Positions 20,478-29,660 are shown, counted from the first letter of the stretch. The stretch is 64,000 bases of DNA from a virus (IMGVR_UViG_3300024346_000004), one strand, 5' to 3'. Notes: generated by a model from the sequence alone, not told the origin. Translations and numbers: made by a program.

Positions 20478-20682
20478 TACATTCTGCTTCATCATGTCTT
20501 AAAATAATGTAATATCCTCTGATAAGTATTTCTATCGGGCCTTTATTATTTATATGTCTCACTATCATAACTATGGTATTTTTAGTAAATCCAAGTTCAG
20601 ACAATCTATTTCTAAAAGGCCCAACAACAGACGTTACTTTATATTCATGACCATCTGTCCCGCAGCATAATTTTGTAGACAT
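20464..20682 (-). CDS. feoA: FeoA (SH3-like) domain protein
   Basis: RNRLSELGF..GPIEILIRGYYIILRHDEAECI. Confidence 0.85.
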   Translation of the reverse strand: MSTKLCCGTDGHEYKVTSVVGPFRNRLSELGFTKNTIVMIVRHINNKGPIEILIRGYYIILRHDEAECIIVE

Positions 20683-20790
20683 ATTAGTATATTCTATTTT
20701 ATTGTGAGCTGTAGACGGTTTAGCAAGAAGAAAATCAAACACAGGTCTATAATATCATAATCCTGTAAAATATAGTAGGACAAAACAATT

Positions 20791-23304
20791 ATGTGGTATC
20801 AAAAAATAGTAGAAGCTGGTGCGTTAGATGAGTTGGCTGGTGGAATGGATACTAGTAAATCACCAGAAGATATATTATGGGAAATACGACATAATTATTC
20901 TATTTCAAAATTACCAAATTTTGAACATCTTTATAAATATCTTCTTGACTTGATTGACAACAAGTATACGAGTGATTATTTAACATCTGTTATAACACAC
21001 TTGATTTATATGTATTCGAAAGATGCTGAAACTGTACATAGAGCTAATAGATTAGTTCCGTTAATGATAAAGAATAATAAAATTTCTCAAAACGAAGAAA
21101 TGATGTTATTGCCTGACACTTTCTCACATATGGGTAGTACATTAGAGACACATAACACTGTATATAATTTCGGATATAATAAACTCTTAGCATACACAAA
21201 AGAAGGCATTGATCTTCCAAAGCGTGTTCGTATATATATAATGATGAATATGGACACACTATCTAGTTCAAGCATGCAACAGAGTGAAGCAAGAACAGAA
21301 ATTAAAAAATATATTACGGATAAAGATCCTATGTATGAATTTCTTAATGCTGATAAATATTCTGGAGAACAAATACTTAAAAATATTATTGATAACATAC
21401 AATCAGATGCTGGTAGGCAACTTTATTATGATGTTGTCCAATATTCTGGATTACCTATTGACGATTATTTATATTTATTAGATGAAGCTCACAATGAAAG
21501 AGTAATGGATGATCTACCCAAAGTTTATGATCTTTTAATAAATGATCAAAAATTTGATAAATATATAGAATATTTAGATAAAAATAAAAATAAATTTAGT
21601 CCAGAGCATTTTGAAAATAGATTCGTTGGTGCTTTCAAATACGGAATGACTTATTTTATGGGTGATTTTTGGTATGAAATATTTAAAAACAATAGACAAA
21701 TTATAAATGAAAAAATTTATCCTTCTTGTGAATATTATTACAAACCTTATTTACACAGATTAGGTGTTGGACCGAAAGAAGAAATAATCAAAGAATACAT
21801 AAAAGCTTCATTGGAAAATAAAGATTTAGCAAATAGGAAATTTAAAGAAATACCCACAAAAGAAGAAATTGATGCTTATGTGCAAAAAAACTCTGAAAAA
21901 CTTAATTCATATCAGTCTCAACGAGCTCAAAATACACAAACTCAAAATACAACACCACAAAGTGCTAATTCTCCTATACTCGATATATTTCAAAAAAATC
22001 TACAAAATGGATATATTGAAAAACATGATATTACTGGAGAATATGAAAAATTACTAAATGATATTCTAAATTCATTTGGATTCAATTCAGATGATCAAAA
22101 TATCATAAGTGATATTAAATCAAGATTAAAGATTTATGTATTTAAAAATTCTGAATTTTATAAAGATTTATTAAATACATCACTTCAAGAATATGGTTTT
22201 ATCACACCTACATTAATGAACTCTTGTGGATATTTTGTTCCTAGATTTTCGGATAACAATAATGGTCCTTCAATATTTATCAACGAATTTATATCTGAAG
22301 ACTATGTAAATAGTGACAATATTATTAACAATCTTGGAATAACCAAAGACATGATTAATATGTCTACAGCTGCTCATGAATTAGCCCATTTAGCAGATTA
22401 TGTTATCAAAGGCGGATCAGAAGTATTCAGTAATGTAGATCCTAAAACATCCTTAAAAGAAGGCGAAGCATACAATCAATCTAGATTGTATTTATCAGAC
22501 ATTAGAGAAATTGTTGCAAGAGTATATGGAAATACTTCTTATATGATTGAAATTCTGCATAAAAGAATTGAAGAAATGAGAACATCGGAAATCATTAGAA
22601 AAGCTGTTGTAGAAGAATTATCAGATATGCTGATGAGTAATGAAGCAAGCTGGTTGAATGCTACTCCTATGGTATCTGAACAAAAACTTCAAGAATGGGC
22701 AGAAAAAAGATTTGGACCTTATGAAAATTCTGAACAACCTTATACCCAAGCTACTGAAGATTACCTAAAACAAAAACAACTAGCAATTAAATTTTATGAA
22801 GAAGCTGGTAAGGTCAATCGAGAAGACATAAAAAAAGCTACTATCGAAGAAATACAATCATTAGAAGATCAAGCTGAAATATTAAAAACAAGAGTAAGTG
22901 AAGATAGCGAAGAATATAAAAAACTTCAAGAAGACATCAAAAAGTTAAAATTAAAAATCAGAAATATTGAAGCGGGTGCATTTGATCATGATATTTATAC
23001 TATCGTTAAATCTGTAGCGTCTTATATAGCATTTAAAGATATCAAAATAACTAATGAAATAGCTGCTGATCCTAATTATGTTTCTCCAATATCAATTAGA
23101 AAAGACCAGATGGCCGCAAATACAACGGGAGATACAACACCACTTTCAAATCAAGAACTTAAAACTATGAGAGATTTTGATTTAGGACAGGTCGCTCAAG
23201 GTACAGAAGGTGGTAAAACTTTAAAAGAACCTAAACCTTCATTTATGTCATATGATATCTATAATCCTAAATGGAGAGAAGAATATCCAGACACATTCAA
23301 ATAA
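20791..23304 (+). CDS. MWY-leader protein with a zincin metallopeptidase motif
   Basis: Starts MWYQKI; TAAHELAHLAD (HExxH) with a downstream E in REIVAR. Confidence 0.75.
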   Translation: MWYQKIVEAGALDELAGGMDTSKSPEDILWEIRHNYSISKLPNFEHLYKYLLDLIDNKYTSDYLTSVITHLIYMYSKDAETVHRANRLVPLMIKNNKISQNEEMMLLPDTFSHMGSTLETHNTVYNFGYNKLLAYTKEGIDLPKRVRIYIMMNMDTLSSSSMQQSEARTEIKKYITDKDPMYEFLNADKYSGEQILKNIIDNIQSDAGRQLYYDVVQYSGLPIDDYLYLLDEAHNERVMDDLPKVYDLLINDQKFDKYIEYLDKNKNKFSPEHFENRFVGAFKYGMTYFMGDFWYEIFKNNRQIINEKIYPSCEYYYKPYLHRLGVGPKEEIIKEYIKASLENKDLANRKFKEIPTKEEIDAYVQKNSEKLNSYQSQRAQNTQTQNTTPQSANSPILDIFQKNLQNGYIEKHDITGEYEKLLNDILNSFGFNSDDQNIISDIKSRLKIYVFKNSEFYKDLLNTSLQEYGFITPTLMNSCGYFVPRFSDNNNGPSIFINEFISEDYVNSDNIINNLGITKDMINMSTAAHELAHLADYVIKGGSEVFSNVDPKTSLKEGEAYNQSRLYLSDIREIVARVYGNTSYMIEILHKRIEEMRTSEIIRKAVVEELSDMLMSNEASWLNATPMVSEQKLQEWAEKRFGPYENSEQPYTQATEDYLKQKQLAIKFYEEAGKVNREDIKKATIEEIQSLEDQAEILKTRVSEDSEEYKKLQEDIKKLKLKIRNIEAGAFDHDIYTIVKSVASYIAFKDIKITNEIAADPNYVSPISIRKDQMAANTTGDTTPLSNQELKTMRDFDLGQVAQGTEGGKTLKEPKPSFMSYDIYNPKWREEYPDTFK

Positions 23305-23306
23305 AT

Positions 23307-23333
23307 AAAAGCCAGAGAATATTCTCTGGCTTT
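23307..23333. terminator. Bidirectional terminator
   Basis: Palindrome GCCAGAGAATATTCTCTGGC flanked by A and T runs. Confidence 0.8.
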
Positions 23334-23337
23334 CTTA

Positions 23338-23592
23338 TTATTCGTCAAATATTATCCAATCATCATTAACAATATCTTGAAGGTATGGACAATAAGCTTC
23401 AATACCATCCTGAAGATTGATTAAGAAAAATGTAGCATAATCAATCTCACTGGTATCTACAATAGTTTCATCAAATTCACCCTCATCATCTTGTTTTGTA
23501 TTACCTAAAGCAATCCAAGATACTTCATCCCAGCAAGTTCTACGAGCTTTGTATCCTTGCTTCAAATATTTAAGAGTCTGCACAAATTTCAT
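23338..23592 (-). CDS. DUF2829/Tad2-like protein
   Basis: MKFVQTLKYLKQGYKARRTCW..AYCPYLQDIVNDDWII. Confidence 0.8.
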   Translation of the reverse strand: MKFVQTLKYLKQGYKARRTCWDEVSWIALGNTKQDDEGEFDETIVDTSEIDYATFFLINLQDGIEAYCPYLQDIVNDDWIIFDE

Positions 23593-23660
23593 ATCTCACC
23601 TCTATGTATCTATTATATCATAGAAAGGTCATAAATGATTATATCTGTAAAAAAAGAACT

Positions 23661-24224
23661 ATGTGGTACAGATACGCAGCAATTACAATTAACAATAAAG
23701 AAATTCCAGAAGAAGATTTTTTTAATTCTTTTTCCAATGTTGCTTCTAATGAAAATGAACAACACTTCTGGATAGTAAATGGTGAGAAATATGCACCACC
23801 TAAAAATTATGGTCATCAACATACTTCAATGATGTTAAAATTAAAACATGGAATGATGCCAGGTGATGCAGATTTTGAAGAACATCCTATTGAATTTGTA
23901 GGGAGAGGCTTAGGACAATTTGCTCAAGGCGGAACAGTCAGAGTTACTAAAATGATAGATATGGCTGACATAACTATCTATGGCCCAACAAATGATCTCA
24001 CCCTAAATAATATTATAAAATTTGTTACTCCAGATTCAATCAACAAATGGGAAATATTAAATGTACCTAATAATCCGCATGGCAGAGGCTTTGATTCCTT
24101 AAAACAATCTATAAACAATCTCTCATTACAAAATACCACAAATGTAAAAGAAGATATTAATATTGCCCCTATACAAAGAGTTGATAATACACAATCTTTC
24201 TATAAAGGAAGATCAGGAGACTAA
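23661..24224 (+). CDS. MWY-leader hypothetical protein
   Basis: Start reassigned to MWYRYAA; AAAGG-N19-TAAAAA promoter at 23624-23653. Confidence 0.75.
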   Translation: MWYRYAAITINNKEIPEEDFFNSFSNVASNENEQHFWIVNGEKYAPPKNYGHQHTSMMLKLKHGMMPGDADFEEHPIEFVGRGLGQFAQGGTVRVTKMIDMADITIYGPTNDLTLNNIIKFVTPDSINKWEILNVPNNPHGRGFDSLKQSINNLSLQNTTNVKEDINIAPIQRVDNTQSFYKGRSGD

Positions 24225-24227
24225 GAT

Positions 24228-24926
24228 ATGTGGTACAGGACAGCAATTGATTTTGGAAAATTATTTGGTATTGAACAACCACAACAAACAAATACTCCTG
24301 AACCTATGGAAAAACCCGGAGTGCCTGATGATGTTTTTAGAGAAGTGGTGAGATCAAATATCCCTGATCCAGTAAATCAAATAGATCATTCCAAAGGCGA
24401 TTATCATTTAATTCTCACTGGAACTGGAGCTATTCATCAAGGTTCAAGCCATAGCAACTATATAGATAAAATATTAGATCAATCTCGTAAAAGTCTTCGT
24501 AATAATCCAGAAATATCAGAAAAATATAATATCAGAAACTTGCCAGACAAAGCTTATGGTCCAATGGATTATGCAGAAAGAATAAATTTTGATTCTGGAC
24601 CTGATCAACCTTTTTTAGCACAAGAAGATGCTGTCACTGAAATTCTACATGATTATTTTGACAAAGGTATAAGAATCAGTCACATGGGTTCAATGATGTC
24701 TGTAAATTCTGTACACGTTCCAACATATACACAAATGCAAAAGTTATTTGAAATTATTAATTTAATACAACCCGCAAATATAAGATTTAAAATTAATACT
24801 GGAAAAGGTTTGTTTGATAGAGTATATAATGTAAATAAAGTTGCTGATTTTAAAAATGACATTAAAGATTTTGAAATGAATAGAAAAAAAATACCATCTC
24901 TTATGAGTCAATGGAGAGATTATTAA
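24228..24926 (+). CDS. MWY-leader hypothetical protein
   Basis: Starts MWYRTA. Confidence 0.8.
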   Translation: MWYRTAIDFGKLFGIEQPQQTNTPEPMEKPGVPDDVFREVVRSNIPDPVNQIDHSKGDYHLILTGTGAIHQGSSHSNYIDKILDQSRKSLRNNPEISEKYNIRNLPDKAYGPMDYAERINFDSGPDQPFLAQEDAVTEILHDYFDKGIRISHMGSMMSVNSVHVPTYTQMQKLFEIINLIQPANIRFKINTGKGLFDRVYNVNKVADFKNDIKDFEMNRKKIPSLMSQWRDY

Positions 24927-24927
24927 T

Positions 24928-25287
24928 ATGTGGTATAGAATATCAGCAGACAATATAGATATCAAAAAAACATGGACAAAAACATCAAATAACCAAGAAT
25001 CAAATGAAGAATGGCTAGAAAGACATAAAGTAGATAGAGAAGGCGATAAATACGTTTTTTATCATGGCTCTAGATTAGACTTAGAAGAGCTTAGATCAGG
25101 CTCTTTATTAGCTACATCTCCACAAGAAGCTGAAGATTTTGGTAATACTAACTTTTGGAATGATAAAAGAAAAACATTCAAAGTATATAAAGTAGTAGTA
25201 AATGCGGATGAAATACACCCAGGATATTGGGCTAGTCTTGTAAATGATCATCCAGTAGAAATATTATATAAGAAAAGAAATATATAA
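24928..25287 (+). CDS. MWY-leader protein, ADP-ribosyltransferase-fold-like
   Basis: Starts MWYRISA; FYHGS..LLATSPQEAEDFG..VYKVVV resembles the ART strand motifs. Confidence 0.55.
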   Translation: MWYRISADNIDIKKTWTKTSNNQESNEEWLERHKVDREGDKYVFYHGSRLDLEELRSGSLLATSPQEAEDFGNTNFWNDKRKTFKVYKVVVNADEIHPGYWASLVNDHPVEILYKKRNI

Positions 25288-25288
25288 A

Positions 25289-25516
25289 ATGTGGTATTCA
25301 TTAGCTGCTAGAACTAAAACATATATCTACAATGAAGAAGAAAAAACATTGGCTGAACATTTAGAAGATATATTCCCTTATGCAAATTCGGTAGATATAT
25401 ATTATCTTAAATCAAATGTTCAAAAATTAGCTATGAATGATGAAGATGTAATTAGAATACTCAGAAAAGCAGATTACGGAGATATTTTTCCTACATATCA
25501 AAAAAGATGTAGATAG
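25289..25516 (+). CDS. MWY-leader small protein
   Basis: Starts MWYSLAA. Confidence 0.7.
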   Translation: MWYSLAARTKTYIYNEEEKTLAEHLEDIFPYANSVDIYYLKSNVQKLAMNDEDVIRILRKADYGDIFPTYQKRCR

Positions 25517-25519
25517 TAT

Positions 25520-25966
25520 TTACCACCAAAGTTCAAACCATAATTTAGAAAGATAGTCTACTGCTTTTCTAACATCATCAGTAAGTTGCTTTCTTTCTTC
25601 AATATCAGTAGATTCATAATATTTATTAGTAGTATAATAGTTTTCAAAAGCACTAATGATGAAATTTAGTTTTTCATTATAAGATTCTACTGTCTCACCA
25701 GTAGGGATACCATTATTAACTTCAATAAATCTCTTGAGTCTAGGAATAATAAATAATGCCATAGTGCGGTCAATATGCCACGTTTCAGTGTCGTCAAAAC
25801 CATTCTCAAATCTTTGTTGCTTGTACATTTCAAGTGTTGTAGGGTCCTTGCCATAACATTCTTCTGCAACACTGAAATTAATATTCTTAAGACCCTCTGG
25901 CTTTATAGATAATTGCAAGTAGTCTTTTGATTTCTTCAAGGTCGATTTTGATTTGTTTTCGCTCAT
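25520..25966 (-). CDS. Hypothetical phage protein
   Basis: GFDDTETWHIDRTMALFIIPRLKRF..FELWW pattern. Confidence 0.75.
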   Translation of the reverse strand: MSENKSKSTLKKSKDYLQLSIKPEGLKNINFSVAEECYGKDPTTLEMYKQQRFENGFDDTETWHIDRTMALFIIPRLKRFIEVNNGIPTGETVESYNEKLNFIISAFENYYTTNKYYESTDIEERKQLTDDVRKAVDYLSKLWFELWW

Positions 25967-26274
25967 CCAAGATCTTCCGCTTTTCTAAAATATGCTGATG
26001 CTGTACGAATAGCCCAAGCACATAATGCACCAAGAATAAAATCAGAAGTTAATCCACCAATCTTATTCCATGTAGAAATACCAATCATAATTCCACCAAC
26101 CATGAGAAGCCAGCCCATAGTACGTAGGTCATCGATTTTAGATTTTACTGTTTTTTCATGAACAACTAGCTTTTCAATTCTATCTTGTTCTTCAGGGGAT
26201 AACTGCAAAAAATCAGCTACAGAACCTACTTGAAATCCAGCTTCTTCTAATCGATTTTTCTTATCTTCATTCAT
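25963..26274 (-). CDS. Two-TM membrane protein with an antitoxin-like N-terminal peptide
   Basis: KKNRLEEAGFQVGSVADFLQLSPEE followed by two hydrophobic helices. Confidence 0.65.
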   Translation of the reverse strand: MNEDKKNRLEEAGFQVGSVADFLQLSPEEQDRIEKLVVHEKTVKSKIDDLRTMGWLLMVGGIMIGISTWNKIGGLTSDFILGALCAWAIRTASAYFRKAEDLG

Positions 26275-26677
26275 CTTCATTAGCCTCTTCAGAATCACCG
26301 TTAATAAAATCAATCAAATCTCCAGGAACCATATCCCACATTAGACCTTTTTCTTCAATCGTTTCTGTATCCCATTGGTCTAACTGGTCTAGCCAATCTG
26401 TATAGTCCTCATATTCTTCATCGAATTTTTCCTGAAGAGTATCAAAGTCTAATTGGAATTCTTTCTTGTAAAACTTCATAGCTTTATCAAAAATACCACA
26501 GTCAGAATCAATCTCCAAATAAGCATAACCCTCTTCGTTGAGAGTATCATTACTATTACCAAGATAAGAATATTCTGAAATAGCTTCGATAATATTAAGC
26601 TCGTTCAATAATTCTAAACTGACTTTCCAATAATCATGTCTATAGCAATCAATCGCCGGAATCGTAATCTTGCTCAT
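26267..26677 (-). CDS. Acidic hypothetical protein
   Basis: ISEYSY..AYLEIDSDCGIF motif; operonic. Confidence 0.7.
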   Translation of the reverse strand: MSKITIPAIDCYRHDYWKVSLELLNELNIIEAISEYSYLGNSNDTLNEEGYAYLEIDSDCGIFDKAMKFYKKEFQLDFDTLQEKFDEEYEDYTDWLDQLDQWDTETIEEKGLMWDMVPGDLIDFINGDSEEANEDE

Positions 26678-27102
26678 TAATCTTCCCATTTCTTTAGCAT
26701 ATCAATAATTACATGCTCAGGAACATTATGCGTTCTTTTTTGTCTTTCCGCAAGCTCTTTAATAAAATCATCTGAATAATTTGTAGGATCTAAAGTTTCA
26801 AATTTTACTTCATATCCTAATTCTTCAGCAGCATCAATATATTTTTCATATTGCCAACGCTGAACATTAGTATTATCGATTATTACAGGAGAAACACCAT
26901 CCTTCATAGATTGAATGGCTGCTTCTAAATTTTGCTGATGATAATCCTTAATTTTGTCAGGATTAAATTTGTATTCACCTGTATTTGGATCTGTTAAGAA
27001 AGAATCTGTAGAATGAATAACACCCTCTTCTAATAATTCTTTTGCTCTTGTTGATTTACCACTTCCAGGTAAACCTCTCATAATAATTAAAGTTTTATTC
27101 AT
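26677..27102 (-). CDS. P-loop kinase (AAA_33 / N4BP2-like polynucleotide kinase domain)
   Basis: LIIMRGLPGSGKST, STD, VIIDNTN, HNVP. Confidence 0.9.
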   Translation of the reverse strand: MNKTLIIMRGLPGSGKSTRAKELLEEGVIHSTDSFLTDPNTGEYKFNPDKIKDYHQQNLEAAIQSMKDGVSPVIIDNTNVQRWQYEKYIDAAEELGYEVKFETLDPTNYSDDFIKELAERQKRTHNVPEHVIIDMLKKWED

Positions 27103-27104
27103 AA

Positions 27105-27257
27105 TTATTCTTCTCTCTTTTTTGCCATTTTAACAAGCTTGATTATAATATTAACTAGTAAGGCAATTATTGCAACAGGTATTGCTAGCAAAACAATTAA
27201 AATAAAAGGTCCAAAAGGAATTATAAGCCAATGAGCAGTGTTAAGAAAATCTTCCAT
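27105..27257 (-). CDS. Small membrane protein (50 aa, below the ORF-track cutoff)
   Basis: MEDFLNTAHWLIIPFGPFILIVLLAIPVAIIALLVNIIIKLVKMAKKREE exactly fills the operon gap. Confidence 0.7.
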   Translation of the reverse strand: MEDFLNTAHWLIIPFGPFILIVLLAIPVAIIALLVNIIIKLVKMAKKREE

Positions 27258-27258
27258 A

Positions 27259-27471
27259 TTATTCGTCACTACATACTTTCTGTGGCTTGATTTCTAAACT
27301 ATAAGCCACTTTTTCTTCTTCAAAACAATATCTCAAAGCTTCAAGAAATTCTTTTCTATCATTGTAATAAAGGGATTGAAGCATCTTAACCATCTCTTCT
27401 TCTGGCACTTCTGAATCTTCATCAGCAGTAATATCAATATCAAAAGATAAGTTTAATCTGTACTTAGGCAT
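27259..27471 (-). CDS. Hypothetical protein
   Basis: Starts MPKYRL, overlapping the end of the upstream Tad2-like gene. Confidence 0.65.
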   Translation of the reverse strand: MPKYRLNLSFDIDITADEDSEVPEEEMVKMLQSLYYNDRKEFLEALRYCFEEEKVAYSLEIKPQKVCSDE

Positions 27472-27677
27472 TCTACTATTTCCCAATCATCACTCAAAAA
27501 TTCAGTAGCATCAACAACTTTACTAGTCCAAATAAGTCTTCCGCCAAAACCCCACCTTATTTCATTATGTTGATCTAAAACACCAAGCATCTGAAACAAA
27601 TACTCGCCTTTTTTCCAATGAATTCTTCGCACTTGATATCCTTTACGAATTGCTTTAAGTGCTTTTATTCCAGTCAT
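27453..27677 (-). CDS. DUF2829/Tad2-like protein
   Basis: MTGIKALKAIRKGYQVRRIHW..EFLSDDWEIVE. Confidence 0.8.
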   Translation of the reverse strand: MTGIKALKAIRKGYQVRRIHWKKGEYLFQMLGVLDQHNEIRWGFGGRLIWTSKVVDATEFLSDDWEIVECLSTD

Positions 27678-27952
27678 TCTACTATTTGCCAATCATCGTG
27701 TAAGAACTCACCCGCTTCTATCTTATCAAATAATCCAAAGAAATCATCAAAAGTAGTCTTAGTAAATGCAAAACTATTTTGAAATATTTTCTCTATTTCT
27801 TTATCTAAAATTTTATCATCCTGTACTTTTTCCAGATGTATAATCCATTTACCAAAGAAATCTAAGGCTTTACATTTTTCATGAGCTTCCCAGGATGTTC
27901 TTCTTAATGTTTTGCCATCTTTTAAAAGGGACAAAGCTTCGATTCCAGTCAT
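27674..27952 (-). CDS. DUF2829/Tad2-like protein
   Basis: MTGIEALSLLKDGKTLRRTSW..EFLHDDWQIVE. Confidence 0.8.
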   Translation of the reverse strand: MTGIEALSLLKDGKTLRRTSWEAHEKCKALDFFGKWIIHLEKVQDDKILDKEIEKIFQNSFAFTKTTFDDFFGLFDKIEAGEFLHDDWQIVE

Positions 27953-28167
27953 TCTACAACCTCCCAGAAGTCAGACATCAAATCTTTAGGAGTAAGATCT
28001 AGTGTTGAATAAAATTGTGTCCTACATACTTCTCCATCTAAGACTTCGTAGAAATCAAAAGTGTTATCTTCCTTGTCGTAGATTAAGAAAGCAGTAGTAC
28101 TTTCCCAATTGGTCTTACGCACACGCTTGCCAGACATTAATGAGTCAATGACATCAGCAAATTTCAT
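27949..28167 (-). CDS. DUF2829/Tad2-like protein
   Basis: MKFADVIDSLMSGKRVRKTNW..DLMSDFWEVVE. Confidence 0.8.
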   Translation of the reverse strand: MKFADVIDSLMSGKRVRKTNWESTTAFLIYDKEDNTFDFYEVLDGEVCRTQFYSTLDLTPKDLMSDFWEVVE

Positions 28168-28191
28168 TCTACTTCCTCCCAGTCCTGTCAT
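28164..28191 (-). pseudogene. Collapsed Tad2-like paralog (only the first and last codons remain)
   Basis: ATGACAGGACTGGGAGGAAGTAGAATGA reads MTGL in one frame and DWEEVE* in another. Confidence 0.6.
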
Positions 28192-28454
28192 TCTTCATCT
28201 ACCTTTTTGTTAGCGTCAACAATATGGTCTAAATCCCAAGTATCAATATCCCAATCTTCAGCAACAACATCACGGGGTTCTAAATCAAGACCGAATGTCC
28301 CTAATTCATAACCGTTTTCTGAATCATCTGCATAATATACATACACAAAAGAATCTTCTTCTTTGTCATAATACATATATTTGCCATTTTCCCAACCAGT
28401 GCGAGAAATTGGTTTACCTTCCATTAATGAATCAACTACTTCAGAGAATTTCAT
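28188..28454 (-). CDS. DUF2829/Tad2-like protein
   Basis: MKFSEVVDSLMEGKPISRTGW..DVVAEDWDI. Confidence 0.85.
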   Translation of the reverse strand: MKFSEVVDSLMEGKPISRTGWENGKYMYYDKEEDSFVYVYYADDSENGYELGTFGLDLEPRDVVAEDWDIDTWDLDHIVDANKKVDEE

Positions 28455-28669
28455 ATTAAAACATCCCAATCTTCAGCAATAATATCTTCTGGTTTTAAAT
28501 CAAGTCTATAGGTGATAAATTCGTAATCATCTTCTTCGTAATCTTCTTTGATATGATAAGCAAACCAATTTTGTTCTTTATCAAGATACAAAAATTTACC
28601 ATCAGGCCAAACGCTTCTCGATATTGGCTTGTATTGCATCAAAGAATCAATTACTTCAGAGAATTTCAT
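28451..28669 (-). CDS. DUF2829/Tad2-like protein
   Basis: MKFSEVIDSLMQYKPISRSVW..DIIAEDWDV. Confidence 0.85.
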   Translation of the reverse strand: MKFSEVIDSLMQYKPISRSVWPDGKFLYLDKEQNWFAYHIKEDYEEDDYEFITYRLDLKPEDIIAEDWDVLI

Positions 28670-28934
28670 CTACAACTTCCCAATCGTCTTCTAATAAATC
28701 CCCATTATCAATAACATCATAATAACTTACATAGCTGGAAAATTCAGGCTTTTCAGGAACCCATTGTGGAACTAAATGCGTGTCTAAAGCAAATAATATA
28801 GGGTCATCAATATTAATCTTAACAGACTTCATATCATCACTGAAATAAGCCTTACATTTTATATCAGGTTCCCAAGCTTTACGCCTAAGAATATATCCAG
28901 CTCGTAAAAGAGTTAATGCATCAGTTCCATTCAT
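28656..28934 (-). CDS. DUF2829/Tad2-like protein
   Basis: MNGTDALTLLRAGYILRRKAW..DLLEDDWEVVD. Confidence 0.8.
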   Translation of the reverse strand: MNGTDALTLLRAGYILRRKAWEPDIKCKAYFSDDMKSVKINIDDPILFALDTHLVPQWVPEKPEFSSYVSYYDVIDNGDLLEDDWEVVDEIL

Positions 28935-29154
28935 TTTTATTTTTTGTAACAGGCTCAAAACTATAAGAAGCATTAGGATCAAGAATCAATACATCTGCTG
29001 TAACCCAATTAGCCTCGATCAGATTCTCACCAAAAAAACAAGTCTCAAGCTTTTCGTCTAAGATTCTCCACTTAGAAATTCCATTATCATGTTTTTGAAC
29101 GACGATAAACCCCATTTTCAATTTATATGTAACATCAAAAGAAATATTAAACAT
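28921..29154 (-). CDS. Hypothetical protein inside the Tad2-like array, possibly a very divergent member
   Basis: KLKMGFIVV matches only the N-terminal half-pattern. Confidence 0.55.
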   Translation of the reverse strand: MFNISFDVTYKLKMGFIVVQKHDNGISKWRILDEKLETCFFGENLIEANWVTADVLILDPNASYSFEPVTKNKNEWN

Positions 29155-29403
29155 CTAATCCACTAGCTCCCATTCATTTTCAAATATATCACGCAAGAAT
29201 TCTTCTATAATTTCTTGATTATGTAAGTTAGTCCAAGGTGTAGAAGGATTCAAATTTGGAACCCTTGGAAACTCTTCTGACCTAACTGAAAAAGCATATC
29301 CAGAATAATCAGAATAATACAAATACCAATCCTTATTTTCCCAAGCTTTACATCTGATTTTACATCCTTTTTTAATAAATTGCAATGCTTCTAAACCATT
29401 CAT
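29155..29403 (-). CDS. DUF2829/Tad2-like protein
   Basis: MNGLEALQFIKKGCKIRCKAW..DIFENEWELVD. Confidence 0.8.
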   Translation of the reverse strand: MNGLEALQFIKKGCKIRCKAWENKDWYLYYSDYSGYAFSVRSEEFPRVPNLNPSTPWTNLHNQEIIEEFLRDIFENEWELVD

Positions 29404-29660
29404 TGATTTATATAATTCTCAATATTACCTTTGATATCTTTATCCCACAAATAACAAGCATCAAAGCCAAATTCACTATCTTCAAATGTCACCCAAATAA
29501 AATCACCTTTAGGATCAAGACGTACAGATTTAAAATCACCAAAATTTAATTCATCACATACAATTTTAGCAATAGATTCCATATACTTTTGAAACTTAAG
29601 ATAACTGTAAATTCTTCCACGGACAAAATCCTCAGAATAAATAAATTGTTCAGTACTCAT
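29400..29660 (-). CDS. Hypothetical protein
   Basis: 86 aa ORF overlapping both neighbours. Confidence 0.65.
   Translation of the reverse strand: MSTEQFIYSEDFVRGRIYSYLKFQKYMESIAKIVCDELNFGDFKSVRLDPKGDFIWVTFEDSEFGFDACYLWDKDIKGNIENYINQ

Noticed and set aside
20791-25297. MWY as a by-product of an extended -10 DNA motif (TGTGGTATAAT)
   Set aside because: The third codon varies TAT/TAC and the following bases do not form a -10 box in most copies; a protein-level explanation is preferred, though the alternative is not excluded.
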